From Chthonomonadaceae bacterium (lineage in GTDB: Bacteria; Armatimonadota; Chthonomonadetes; Chthonomonadales; Chthonomonadaceae): a stretch of DNA of 64,000 nucleotides. The notes beneath the pieces were generated by a model that saw only the letters and a list, made by a program, of their open reading frames with translations, did not search any database and was not told the DNA's origin. Each line of letters starts with the position of its first letter. The first letter of the stretch is position 1. Shown here piece after piece: positions 26,220-36,337 of the stretch. Both the position numbers and the translations under genes were made by a program. The stretch lies in contig JANXSG010000017.1 in assembly GCA_025352825.1 (NCBI GenBank), forward strand, positions 755 to 64,754, written 5' to 3'.

Positions 26220-27242
26220 CTATCTTTGCGATCCCAAAACGATAGAGCTATCACGGATAGCCGAAAGTTCCTCTAATGCCCGGCCCGTTCCAATTGCGAC
26301 GCAAGAGAGGGGATCTTCCGCGATCCATACAGGAATTCCTGTTGCGGCGGAGAGCAGTTTATCCAGACCTCTCAGAAGCGCGCCTCCGCCGGTGAGTACA
26401 ATACCACGTTCGATAATATCGGCTGCCAGTTCTGGAGGAGTCTGTTCGAGAACGCGCTTCACTTTCTCGACAATCGCAAGAATCGGCTCAGAAAGCGCTT
26501 CTCTTATCTCAACAGAAGTTACTTCAACTGTTTTGGGAAGCCCCGCCACCAAATCCCGACCACGAATGGGGAGTGTAAATTCCTGTTCTAGCGGGTAAGC
26601 AGAACCGATTTTAGTTTTAATATCTTCGGCTGTTCTATCACCAATCATCAGGCTGTGAGCAGCTTTGATATGCCGGATAATTACTTCATCCATACGGTTG
26701 CCCGCTACTCGAAGGCTCTCACTGGTGACAATACCTCCTAGCGAAATGACAGCTATATCGCTGGTGCCGCCACCAATATCCACCACCATATTGCCGCCTG
26801 GATTTGTGATCGGCAGTCCCGCTCCGATAGCGGCGGCCATCGGCTCTTCTATGGTGTGAGCTTCTCTCGCTCCTGCTTCCAGTGCAGCCTGCTCTACTGC
26901 CCTGCGCTCCACACTGGTCACCTGAGATGGCACACATATTAAGACGCGCGGTTTGAATAAACGGTTGCGCCCCACCACTTTTTGGAAAAGATAGTGCAGC
27001 ATCAACTGGGTGACGGTGTAGTCGGCAATCACGCCGTCGCTCATTGGTCGAACCGCCACGATATGTCCAGGAGTCCGGCCCAGCATTAACCGAGCCTCTT
27101 CCCCCACTGCGAGAACCTTTTTGGTACGGCTGGCAATCGCTACGACAGAAGGTTCGCGTAAAACGATCCCTTTTCCCCTTACGTAAACAAGGATGTTCGC
27201 CGTTCCCAGATCGACACCCAGTTCTGGTACTAGACTGAACAA
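26220..27242 (-). CDS. mreB: rod-shape determining protein MreB
   Basis: [13 protein letters not shown] ... DIGGGTSD actin-fold motifs; 340 aa. Confidence 0.93.
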   Translation of the reverse strand: MFSLVPELGVDLGTANILVYVRGKGIVLREPSVVAIASRTKKVLAVGEEARLMLGRTPGHIVAVRPMSDGVIADYTVTQLMLHYLFQKVVGRNRLFKPRVLICVPSQVTSVERRAVEQAALEAGAREAHTIEEPMAAAIGAGLPITNPGGNMVVDIGGGTSDIAVISLGGIVTSESLRVAGNRMDEVIIRHIKAAHSLMIGDRTAEDIKTKIGSAYPLEQEFTLPIRGRDLVAGLPKTVEVTSVEIREALSEPILAIVEKVKRVLEQTPPELAADIIERGIVLTGGGALLRGLDKLLSAATGIPVWIAEDPLSCVAIGTGRALEELSAIRDSSIVLGSQR

Positions 27243-28522
27243 ACTTTTAAACCTCCCACCACGGCTCGCTCTGAGCCTCTGCTGACATGTGCTCCAAGTC
27301 CTCTGAGTTTAACCACAAGGTCCTCGTAACCACGATCCAGGTGTTCCAGTCCGTCGATTTCGGTTTCGCCTTCAGCTGCCAGACCTGCCACCACCATTGC
27401 TGCACCACCACGCAGATCGGTGCAGGAGACCGGAGCGCCGCTTAGCTTTTGCACTCCAGTAATTTTCGCATTGCGTCCTTCCACTCGAATGTCCGCACCA
27501 AGCTTTTCGAGTTCGGTGGTGTATCGGAAACGGCTCTCATATACAGTCTCTGTAACCATAGAGACTCCATCTGCGAGGGACAGGAGGGATGCGAATGGCT
27601 GCTGAATATCAGTTGGGAAACCGGGATGCGGCATTGTCTTAATATCGGTGGGTAAGATTTTACCAGTTCGTCGAACTCGGATACCTTCTCCTGTTGTGGT
27701 AATTTCTACGCCTGTCTCGGCAAGCTTAGCAAGCACAGGGCCACAGTGGCTGGGGATGGCATTGGCAATAAGGACATCCCCGCCGGTGATGGCTGCGGCC
27801 AGTGCGTAAGTCGAAGCCTGAAGTCTGTCGGGGAGTATTGCAAACTCTGTAGGATGCAGCTCCTGAGCGCCATCAATCGTTATGGTGGGAGTGCCTGCTC
27901 CGTCAATAGTTGCGCCGCATGCATTCAGGAAGAAAGCAAGGTTGATCACTTCGGGTTCCATAGCGCAGTTTTCGATGACAGTTCTGCCATTGGCGCAGCA
28001 AGCCGCAATCATGAGATGCTGGGTGGTGCCAGCGCTGGGGAACTCGAGATAGATGTTCGCCCCTTCAAAACGTTTAACTTCACCTGTGTAAACTCCATGT
28101 TCCAGATTGAGTTTACATCCTAACTGTTCCAGGCCTTTTATGTGAAAATTGACCGGGCGTGCACCAAAGTCACACCCGCCGGGCATGGCCACGGAAGCAT
28201 AACCTGATCTAGCGAGCAAAGCGCCCAGAATATTAAAGGATGCCCGCATCTGCCGTACTAGATCGTGCGGAGCGGTGGAGTTGGTGACTTTCGTTGCATC
28301 AATTTCCAGTCTTCCATTTTGCAGGAATGAAGACTGGACGCCCAAATGCCGAAATATATCTATTAGGGTGTGTACATCAAGATTGCGTGGAACATTTTGA
28401 AGAACGGTTTTTCCGGGAACCAGCAGTGCTGCTGCCATAATTGCAAGAGAATCGTTTTTACTGCCACCAATATCGACTCGACCGTGAAGGGGATTCCCTC
28501 CACGAATATAGATCTTATCCAA
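27230..28522 (-). CDS. murA: UDP-N-acetylglucosamine 1-carboxyvinyltransferase
   Basis: 430 aa with active-site region [11 protein letters not shown]. 13-nt overlap with the mreB start. Confidence 0.93.
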   Translation of the reverse strand: MDKIYIRGGNPLHGRVDIGGSKNDSLAIMAAALLVPGKTVLQNVPRNLDVHTLIDIFRHLGVQSSFLQNGRLEIDATKVTNSTAPHDLVRQMRASFNILGALLARSGYASVAMPGGCDFGARPVNFHIKGLEQLGCKLNLEHGVYTGEVKRFEGANIYLEFPSAGTTQHLMIAACCANGRTVIENCAMEPEVINLAFFLNACGATIDGAGTPTITIDGAQELHPTEFAILPDRLQASTYALAAAITGGDVLIANAIPSHCGPVLAKLAETGVEITTTGEGIRVRRTGKILPTDIKTMPHPGFPTDIQQPFASLLSLADGVSMVTETVYESRFRYTTELEKLGADIRVEGRNAKITGVQKLSGAPVSCTDLRGGAAMVVAGLAAEGETEIDGLEHLDRGYEDLVVKLRGLGAHVSRGSERAVVGGLKVCSV

Positions 28523-28811
28523 ATGAATGATGCCTCTCTGCTCCGGTCCTTAGATTGCACGCGAATAGTTACCTGCGCACTTTATAATATCTATTACACC
28601 TAATAGAGTATAGCGAATAGATGCAACGCTGTCAATAACCTGGTGAAAATTCCTGGTTTTCGCCGAAAATCCAGTATCGTAGGCGGTATACTGAAACAGG
28701 ATTTCTGATTATATTTGTTCTGAAATATTCTGTTCAACATAATACTCATAGCGGTTGATTGCATAGAAATCTTGAGATTCTAGAAAATATTTTTTGAGGA
28801 GATTGAAATGT

Positions 28812-29711
28812 ATGCCTGGTGAAGTAGTTCCGATGGACTGGATGCAGGCAGTGATGCTGGGCTTTCTGCAGGGATTGACGGAGTTCTTGCCCGTAAGCAG
28901 CACCGCTCATATGGCGGTAGTTCCGCAGTTGCTAATGCACATGGAGGATCCAGGCGCGGCTTTTTCTGCAGTCGTTCAACTTGGGCCTATCATCGCGATT
29001 ATAGCCTACTTCCGAAAAGATCTCAGAAGGTACGTGCAGGGAATGATCAAAACAAAATCGCTGGCAAATGCGCAGAACGATCTGGATGCAAGACTAGGAT
29101 GGTACACCCTATTGGGGACTGCTCCCATGGCGGTATTTGGGGTTCTGCTTGAAAAGAAGATCGACCACGATTTTCGCCGGCTCAACGTAATTGCTGTCAG
29201 TCTGATTGTGCTGGCAATTGTTCTATGGGTGGCAGAAAGGGTTGGAAAGCGGAAAGCGAACCTCAATGATATGACTTTCTCCCAGAGCCAGGTTGTAGGT
29301 TGGGCACAGGTACTGGCTCTCGTTCCGGGGGCTTCCAGATCTGGTGTGACCATAACTGCCGGACTGTTTCAGGGGTTGGACAGGGAGAGTGCCGCACGAT
29401 TCAGTTTTCTGTTAAGTATTCCGGCTATTTCGGCCGCCGGGCTCTACAAACTTATAAAGGTGATGAAAACGGCATCGTTGGGATCGGTTATTGGCCCGTA
29501 TCTTCTGGCTGCTCTGGTAGCGGGTGTTGTCGCTTACATCGTTGTACGCTGGTTTATGGGCTACATGAAAGAGCATTCAACTGGAGTTTTCATTGCATAC
29601 CGTATTGCTCTAGGTTTGCTCCTACTTTTTTTAACACATTCAGGCAAAATAAAAGATATTCCAAAATCTGGTGAGGTGGAGCCCGTCTCGGCAGCAGTCC
29701 AGATCAAATAA
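28812..29711 (+). CDS. uppP: undecaprenyl-diphosphate phosphatase
   Basis: GLTEFLPVSSTAH and PGASRSG motifs. ATG 28812 has a GAGGAG RBS; alternative start at 28833. Confidence 0.88.
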   Translation: MPGEVVPMDWMQAVMLGFLQGLTEFLPVSSTAHMAVVPQLLMHMEDPGAAFSAVVQLGPIIAIIAYFRKDLRRYVQGMIKTKSLANAQNDLDARLGWYTLLGTAPMAVFGVLLEKKIDHDFRRLNVIAVSLIVLAIVLWVAERVGKRKANLNDMTFSQSQVVGWAQVLALVPGASRSGVTITAGLFQGLDRESAARFSFLLSIPAISAAGLYKLIKVMKTASLGSVIGPYLLAALVAGVVAYIVVRWFMGYMKEHSTGVFIAYRIALGLLLLFLTHSGKIKDIPKSGEVEPVSAAVQIK

Positions 29712-29795
29712 CGGAGAATAAAAGTAATCCGACATTCCATAATTTCCAGGAGTTGCAAACTTCCGTCATGAAAAAACTTGCATCTTTAAGAATCA

Positions 29796-29853
29796 ATTCC
29801 CTCCCACAGGGCGGTTGGCTGCAGGCCTTCCAGATGGGTACTTAAGTGACCGG
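29796..29853. repeat. partial A-family copy (reverse orientation)
   Basis: The reverse complement reads CCGGTCACTTAAGTACCCATCTGGAAGGCCTGCAGCCAACCGCCCTGTGGGAGGGAAT. Confidence 0.75.
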
Positions 29854-29927
29854 TAAAATGCGGGAATTGAAATACTCCATGTGACCAGTGCGGAATTTTA
29901 ACTTCGGTATCCAAAAGTGAGTAAACT

Positions 29928-31784
29928 ATGATTTCTTGTGATATCTTGATAGTTGGCGGTGGAACGGGTGGGTGTGCTGCTGCCCTTGCTGCCTCCGAAG
30001 CGGGGAGTAATGTCTGCCTCTTAGAGGAAGATAGCTGGCTTGGAGGGCAGCTCACATCCCAGGGTGTCCCCACTCCAGATGAGCATCACCATATAGAGCT
30101 TTTTGGCGGTACTAGACGTTATTACGCATTTCGGAATGCTATCAGGCACTACTATCACGATAACTATGCTCTCACTCCAGATGCAGCAGAACTCGCACTC
30201 GACAGCCCCGTCGATTCCTTTCGACATGAAGATCAGCCTCATCTAAATCCAGGAAACTGCTGGGTGAGCCGCCTTAGTTACGAACCCAAAGTGGGAGAGA
30301 AAATCCTTCGCGGGATGCTTCAGCCCCAGGTGGATAGTGGAAAACTTTGTATCTACACAGAAATAAAAGTTACAAAGTGTCTGATGGATAGTGATTCGGC
30401 GGATACTATACGAACTGTTTCAGCGATCACGAATACTGGAGAATTATTGGAGTTTGAGCCAAAGTACGTGATAGATGCCACGGAACTAGGCGACATGTTG
30501 GCGATGTGTGGAAAGGAAGGTACAGACTGGGTAGTGGGAGCGGAGAGCCAGGCGCAGACCGGTGAACCAGACGCTCCTCTGGAACCACGAAGGGACTGGG
30601 TTCAGCCGTTCACGTTTCCATTCGCGGTCGAGTGGTCTCCTGAAACGGCGGATACCAATTTGATTGAAAAACCATCTGATTACGACTTTATCAAGGATCA
30701 GCAGCATTTCACAATTAAGCATGGGGCCATTACCGGAATGTTCAGTGGTGCTATGCCATGGTGGAAATATCGAAGAATATTAGCGCATGAGAATTTCACC
30801 GATTCTCGCATCCCCCACGATGTCGTGATGATAAACACGGCGGGAAATGATTTCTATGGGCCGAACATTCTCGGAGATACCTCAGGGTCTCCAGTAGATA
30901 TCGCTGCTTCATTGGAGCTGGCCCGCCATACTTCGATGTCTTATCTCTACTGGCTGCAGAATGAGTGCCCGCGTGAAGAGTCACTTGCCAGCCCGCCATC
31001 ACCAATCGTCGGACGCGAACACGGTTATCCCGAACTAAAGCTGCGCACGGATCTGTTCGACACTGCAGACGGCTGTTCTCGTATGCCGTATGTAAGAGAA
31101 TCTAGAAGAATTCTCTCACAGCGCACTATCCTGGAACACGAGATAGTAGTAAAAGATTTTCATGGCCGGCTTAAAAGAGGATCAGATCCTCGCGCTGTCT
31201 ACATGCCAGATACTGTAGGGGTAGGTTACTATGCACTGGATATTCACCCAAATGGCCATGGAGAACCCAATGCCTATGTATTGACCCGCCCATTCCAGAT
31301 TCCTCTCGGAGCGCTCACACCAGTTCGGTTAAAAAACCTGCTGCCGGGCTGTAAAAACATAGGCACTACTCATTTGACTAATGGCGCGTACCGGCTTCAT
31401 CCTATTGAATGGAATATAGGGGAATCGGCAGCTATTCTGGCGGTATATTGCTTGCAGCATACTGTAACTGCAGTCGATGTTCGCAATGATACCGATCTAT
31501 TGTCTCAATTCCAGCACGAACTTCTGAGGCAAGGGATATCTCTCCATTGGCTAATTGATGTACCATTGCTTCACCCTGCTTTTGAGGCGGTTCAACAGCT
31601 TGCCTGCAAATTAAAAGTGCTTTTTGGTGAAGATGATCTGCGTTTTCGCCCGGAGAAACCGATCGACTCTGATACCTGGAGCCGCTGGATCACGCAGGTA
31701 GGTGTTGAAGAGTGCGAGATGATTGAGGAGACACGTGGTGAAGCGGCCATCCGACTTTATGAAATGCTCAAGCTAAAGTCCTAA
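29928..31784 (+). CDS. FAD-dependent oxidoreductase (FAD_oxidored-type), function unknown
   Basis: DILIVGGGTGGCAAALAASEAG dinucleotide-binding motif at the N-terminus; 618 aa. Confidence 0.75.
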   Translation: MISCDILIVGGGTGGCAAALAASEAGSNVCLLEEDSWLGGQLTSQGVPTPDEHHHIELFGGTRRYYAFRNAIRHYYHDNYALTPDAAELALDSPVDSFRHEDQPHLNPGNCWVSRLSYEPKVGEKILRGMLQPQVDSGKLCIYTEIKVTKCLMDSDSADTIRTVSAITNTGELLEFEPKYVIDATELGDMLAMCGKEGTDWVVGAESQAQTGEPDAPLEPRRDWVQPFTFPFAVEWSPETADTNLIEKPSDYDFIKDQQHFTIKHGAITGMFSGAMPWWKYRRILAHENFTDSRIPHDVVMINTAGNDFYGPNILGDTSGSPVDIAASLELARHTSMSYLYWLQNECPREESLASPPSPIVGREHGYPELKLRTDLFDTADGCSRMPYVRESRRILSQRTILEHEIVVKDFHGRLKRGSDPRAVYMPDTVGVGYYALDIHPNGHGEPNAYVLTRPFQIPLGALTPVRLKNLLPGCKNIGTTHLTNGAYRLHPIEWNIGESAAILAVYCLQHTVTAVDVRNDTDLLSQFQHELLRQGISLHWLIDVPLLHPAFEAVQQLACKLKVLFGEDDLRFRPEKPIDSDTWSRWITQVGVEECEMIEETRGEAAIRLYEMLKLKS

Positions 31785-31786
31785 GC

Positions 31787-32337
31787 TGGCATAGCCAGAA
31801 CCAAATGAGGATTTCCTGTAATAAATCTTAAAGCTCACCAAGTTAGATTAAATGATGATTCCTGAGAGTTATTTTTTCGTTTGTTCGCACTCTATATTGC
31901 GTTCATTTTGAACGCAATATAATTTTTAAGATACTACGTCTTTTCCGTGACTTCGCTCGGAAAAGATGGCTTCGCCGTAGAAAACTCAATCTCAATTCTG
32001 ACGCAGCCAGATCAAAAAGGAACGTTTAACCTCACCCCAATCACTCTCCCAGATGCTCGTTCCTCGCGGGGAGAGGGGCAAATGCACAATCATGTCACCC
32101 CCACTCCCTTGCGAGTGGTGCGAGCAATCTGGGAGAGGGGGAACTTTAGTTATTTGGTTTTCTATTTTCCACTACGTGAAAAATGGCTTAGTACCGGTAT
32201 AAAACTTTGCTAGAAAATTGAAAATCCCATGCCAAAGTCACCTCCTCTCCTGTTTTCGGGAGAGGGGGTCGGGGGGTGAGGGTTTGAAGATGCGGGGGAT
32301 GCTAATTCTTTCATCGAAGGTTCCCTTTTGGTTCTGG
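31787..32337. repeat. 551-bp composite repeat region bounded by S motifs, containing C-family elements
   Basis: S4 at 31787-31806. Degenerate reverse S at 32326-32337. C composite at 32030-32283 with CCTCACCCC / GGGGTGAGGG ends. Confidence 0.75.
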
Positions 32338-32440
32338 ATTCGTCAGCTTATGTAGTGAAGTATAAATCTCCAATAACTCCACATCATCGGAATTTGAAAA
32401 TCGATTACTATTAGTTATCAATCCAATGAGAAAATGTCAT

Positions 32441-32469
32441 TTGCAATATGGAAATGCAGACGGTACAAT
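32441..32469 (+). promoter_or_regulatory. candidate sigma70-type promoter of acnA
   Basis: TTGCAA (32441-46), 17-nt spacer, TACAAT (32464-69). RBS AAGGAGA at 32494-32500. Confidence 0.45.
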
Positions 32470-32505
32470 AAGATCAGCATTTAAAATTACATCAAGGAGA
32501 TTCTG

Positions 32506-35196
32506 ATGAGTGATAGTTTTGGAGCGAAATCCACACTAAGTGCAGGAGACCGCGAACTTACATACTATAAGTTGAGCGCTGTGACGGGAAATATTGACCG
32601 CCTGCCGTACTCTCTGCGAATTCTGTTGGAGAATCTGCTGCGCACAGAAGATGGTCTGGCGGTTACTGCGGAAGATATTCACGCATTGGCCACATGGGAT
32701 TCGAAAGCAACTCCGGACAGAGAGATTGCATACACACCGGCACGCGTTCTCCTTCAGGATTTTACAGGGGTTCCCTGTGTAGTCGATCTAGCCGCAATGC
32801 GCGAAGCGATGGCAGCGCTCGGCGGTGATCCGAACAAGATCAACCCTTTGCAGCCTGTGGAACTGGTCATTGATCACTCGGTTCAGGTAGATGCGTTCGG
32901 TTCTGCTGGCGCCATCAAGCTGAATGTCGATCTTGAGTTTGAGCGCAATACAGAACGTTATCAGTTCCTCAAGTGGGGACAGGGGGCTTTCAAAAACTTT
33001 AAAGTTGTGCCGCCCAGCACGGGAATTGTACATCAGGTAAACCTGGAGTATTTGGCGCGTGTGGTATTTGTGAATGAAGATGGCGTAGCCTATCCTGATA
33101 CCCTGGTCGGTACCGACTCTCACACTACGATGATCAACGGACTGGGCGTACTAGGGTGGGGCGTGGGTGGAATTGAAGCAGAGGCGGCCATGCTAGGCCA
33201 GCCGGTCTCCATGCTGATACCGCAGGTGATCGGTTTCCGGCTGGTGAACGCGCTTCCCGAAGGCGCGACAGCAACCGATCTTGTACTCACAGTAACAGAA
33301 ATGCTGCGTAAAAAAGGTGTGGTAGGGAAATTTGTGGAGTTCTACGGCCCCGGGCTCGCCTCGCTCCCTCTTGCAGATCGGGCAACGATTGCGAATATGG
33401 CTCCGGAATACGGAGCCACTTGTGGAATTTTCCCTGTGGATGCTGAGACAATCAGATACTTGCGAACCTCCGGGCGAACAGAAGAGCAGATTGCAATTGT
33501 TGAAGCCTACACGAAGGCACAAGGGCTGTTCCATACATCCGATTCATCTGAAGCAGAGTATACCGATACCCTCGAACTCGATCTCAACATAGTAGTTCCC
33601 AGTATTGCCGGCCCGCGCCGACCCCATGACCGTATTTCGCTTACTGATGCGGTTAATGCTTTCCATGAAGCGCTTCCTGCACTGCAGACAGCTTCATCAG
33701 GCGGAGGGCTAGCTGTTAAGAGCGCTGTGAAAGTCAGTCAGGATGGACAAGAGTTCGAACTGGATCACGGCTCTGTGGTAATAGCAGCCATTACAAGTTG
33801 TACGAATACCTCCAACCCATACGTGATGGTGGCTGCGGGGCTGCTGGCTAAGAAGGCAGTCGAACTCGGGCTGCAGACCAAGCCCTGGGTAAAGACCTCG
33901 CTAGCGCCGGGGTCGCGTGTTGTTACGAGTTATCTTGATAAAGCAGGTCTCAGCCCGTACCTGGATCAGCTTCGATTCAATACGGTTGGATACGGTTGTA
34001 CTACCTGCATCGGTAACTCCGGCCCGCTGCCAGAAGCTATTGCAAAAGGTATTGATGAGGGGAAATTAGTGGTATGTTCCGTTCTCTCCGGTAATCGGAA
34101 CTTCGAGGGTCGAATTCAGCAGGAGGTGCGTGCCAACTATCTGATGTCTCCGCCATTGGTTGTTGCGTATGCGCTTGCCGGGCGTATGGATCTCGATCTA
34201 TATAACGACCCGCTAGGTGTGGATAAAAATGGAGACGACGTCTACCTCCGGCATATCTGGCCCACACAGCATGAGGTGAGCCAGGTGGTGGAGGAATCCA
34301 TCAACTCGGATATGTACCAAAAGAACTATGCGGAGGTCTTTGCTGGGGATGCCCACTGGAACTCGATCAAAGTCCCGGAAGGCGCACTCTTCGCGTGGGA
34401 TAAGAGCTCCACCTACATCAAGAACCCTCCCTACTTCGACGGTATGTCCAAGGAAAGTCCCAAGTCAGCAAAAGAGATTACAGGTGCTCGAGCGCTTGCA
34501 TGGCTGGGAGACAGTGTGACCACCGACCATATCTCTCCGGCAGGCGGTATTAAGGCTGCATCCCCCGCAGGAAAATATCTCACGGACCATGGCGTACCGC
34601 AGAGTCTATTCAACTCTTATGGTTCACGGCGCGGCCATGATGAGGTGATGGTTCGGGGAACCTTCGCGAATGTACGTATCAAGAATCAGCTTGCACCGGG
34701 TACTGAAGGCGGTGTAACTACCTATCTTCCAACTGGCGAAGTGATCTCGATTTACGATGCCGCCATGAAATATATCCAGGCAGGCATCCCAACGATCATC
34801 CTTGCTGGCAAGGAGTATGGATCTGGTTCCAGTCGAGACTGGGCAGCTAAAGGGCCTTACCTACAGGGAGTTCGAGCGGTGATCGCGGAGAGTTATGAAC
34901 GAATCCATCGCTCTAATCTGGTCGGAATGGGAATCCTGCCACTTCAGTTTAACGCCGGTCAAACTGCTGCATCGCTAGGACTCACGGGGCGAGAGACATT
35001 CGATTTCATCGGTCTTACGGATGGAATTGCGACCGGGTTCTCGAAGGGGCGTCAGCTCGAAGTGAAAGCTACCTCAGAAGATGGCACAGTAAAAGATCTA
35101 GATGTCCTGGTTCGCATCGATACCCCACAGGAAGTCCTTTACTATCTGAACGGCGGAATCCTTCAATACGTGCTCCGCCAGCTCCTGAATAAATAG
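32506..35196 (+). CDS. acnA: aconitate hydratase A
   Basis: 896 aa with Fe-S ligand regions [10 protein letters not shown] and [10 protein letters not shown]. Confidence 0.95.
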   Translation: MSDSFGAKSTLSAGDRELTYYKLSAVTGNIDRLPYSLRILLENLLRTEDGLAVTAEDIHALATWDSKATPDREIAYTPARVLLQDFTGVPCVVDLAAMREAMAALGGDPNKINPLQPVELVIDHSVQVDAFGSAGAIKLNVDLEFERNTERYQFLKWGQGAFKNFKVVPPSTGIVHQVNLEYLARVVFVNEDGVAYPDTLVGTDSHTTMINGLGVLGWGVGGIEAEAAMLGQPVSMLIPQVIGFRLVNALPEGATATDLVLTVTEMLRKKGVVGKFVEFYGPGLASLPLADRATIANMAPEYGATCGIFPVDAETIRYLRTSGRTEEQIAIVEAYTKAQGLFHTSDSSEAEYTDTLELDLNIVVPSIAGPRRPHDRISLTDAVNAFHEALPALQTASSGGGLAVKSAVKVSQDGQEFELDHGSVVIAAITSCTNTSNPYVMVAAGLLAKKAVELGLQTKPWVKTSLAPGSRVVTSYLDKAGLSPYLDQLRFNTVGYGCTTCIGNSGPLPEAIAKGIDEGKLVVCSVLSGNRNFEGRIQQEVRANYLMSPPLVVAYALAGRMDLDLYNDPLGVDKNGDDVYLRHIWPTQHEVSQVVEESINSDMYQKNYAEVFAGDAHWNSIKVPEGALFAWDKSSTYIKNPPYFDGMSKESPKSAKEITGARALAWLGDSVTTDHISPAGGIKAASPAGKYLTDHGVPQSLFNSYGSRRGHDEVMVRGTFANVRIKNQLAPGTEGGVTTYLPTGEVISIYDAAMKYIQAGIPTIILAGKEYGSGSSRDWAAKGPYLQGVRAVIAESYERIHRSNLVGMGILPLQFNAGQTAASLGLTGRETFDFIGLTDGIATGFSKGRQLEVKATSEDGTVKDLDVLVRIDTPQEVLYYLNGGILQYVLRQLLNK

Positions 35197-35202
35197 CATA
35201 CA

Positions 35203-35541
35203 GCCCTCACCCCCCCGCCCCCTCTCCCAAAAACAGGAGAGTGGAGCAAATCCATAAGATTCTCAGTATCCCGTTAGTCTGTACCCTCACTCCCGGCCTC
35301 TCTCCCTGATTCCCTCGTACCTCGGAGGGAGAGAGGAGCAGTACTATTACTATTTGCACTTCGCAATTGATGCTTTTAATTCAACGGAATAGCCTATATA
35401 CTCTCTCCCTTCTCCCTAACGAGGAACGAGTGATGAAGGGAGAAGGGCCGGGGATGAGGGTGAACCTGATGGAAAACTGATAATCCCATGCCAAAGTCAC
35501 TCCCTCTCCTGTTTTTGGGAGAGGGGGCGAGGGGTGAGGGC
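35203..35541. repeat. 339-bp composite of C/D-family palindromes
   Basis: Ends are GCCCTCACCCCC (35203) and GGGGTGAGGGC (35531-41). Internal hairpins at 35284-35336, 35400-35460 and 35490-35541. Confidence 0.85.
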
Positions 35542-35746
35542 TATACTGGACGTTAGGTTTTAAGAGAGTGTCAATTTGAGTTCCCACTTATTTTTTCTGT
35601 CTTCAAGTCTAGCATCGGATAACATGATTCTATTAATTGACACAAATGTTCTCACGTTGTATAATAACCATATTAGCTTTGGAAGATATCTCGTCCAAAC
35701 GCACTTCGCCAGCCGTCACTCACTTTTATGAATACGAGGAATTTAA

Positions 35747-36337
35747 ATGAGCGATCAAAACAGCAAACCGCCAATACTACTCGGGGATACTCCTCCTGAG
35801 AATACCTCCTTTCAGCCAGTCGTGCCTCCGATGCCAAGTTATCAGTATGGCAATCCACCATCGAATCCTACTGGATATGCACAGAATCCACAATCTTCAA
35901 TCGGTATGGTATACAATCCGGTAGTACCTCAAGGGCCGAGAATGGCAGCCCCTCCTTCGGGATTACGGTTTCTGCGAGGGGCGGGATGGGGCGCGTTATT
36001 TGGCCAATGGTGGACCTTGTGGACAATTGCATCTCATCTCTTATGGCACGGAACTGATGGTTCGTTCAGCGTGGGAGGGTTGGCTCTGCTGATAGTCATA
36101 TATGCAGTGGTATATGCATTCTTCGGCGCTATCGCTGGTCTGATAATTGCCGCGATATCCGCTCCTCCAGGTAAAGGCGCATTAGTTGGAATAGTGGTTG
36201 GTCTGTGTGTAATGGGGATCGAGGCGATGATTATGGGGGGATTGGGCAGCCTGATAAATATTTTCTTCTATTATGTCACGGGTAGGTATATTGGGGTAAA
36301 TATCGCAGTGCGTGTGAGCAGGCCCGTTCAGATATGA
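35747..36337 (+). CDS. membrane protein with Pro-rich N-terminus and Gly-rich TM helices
   Basis: 196-aa ORF with an ATGA overlap onto the downstream M50 protease gene. Confidence 0.55.
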   Translation: MSDQNSKPPILLGDTPPENTSFQPVVPPMPSYQYGNPPSNPTGYAQNPQSSIGMVYNPVVPQGPRMAAPPSGLRFLRGAGWGALFGQWWTLWTIASHLLWHGTDGSFSVGGLALLIVIYAVVYAFFGAIAGLIIAAISAPPGKGALVGIVVGLCVMGIEAMIMGGLGSLINIFFYYVTGRYIGVNIAVRVSRPVQI

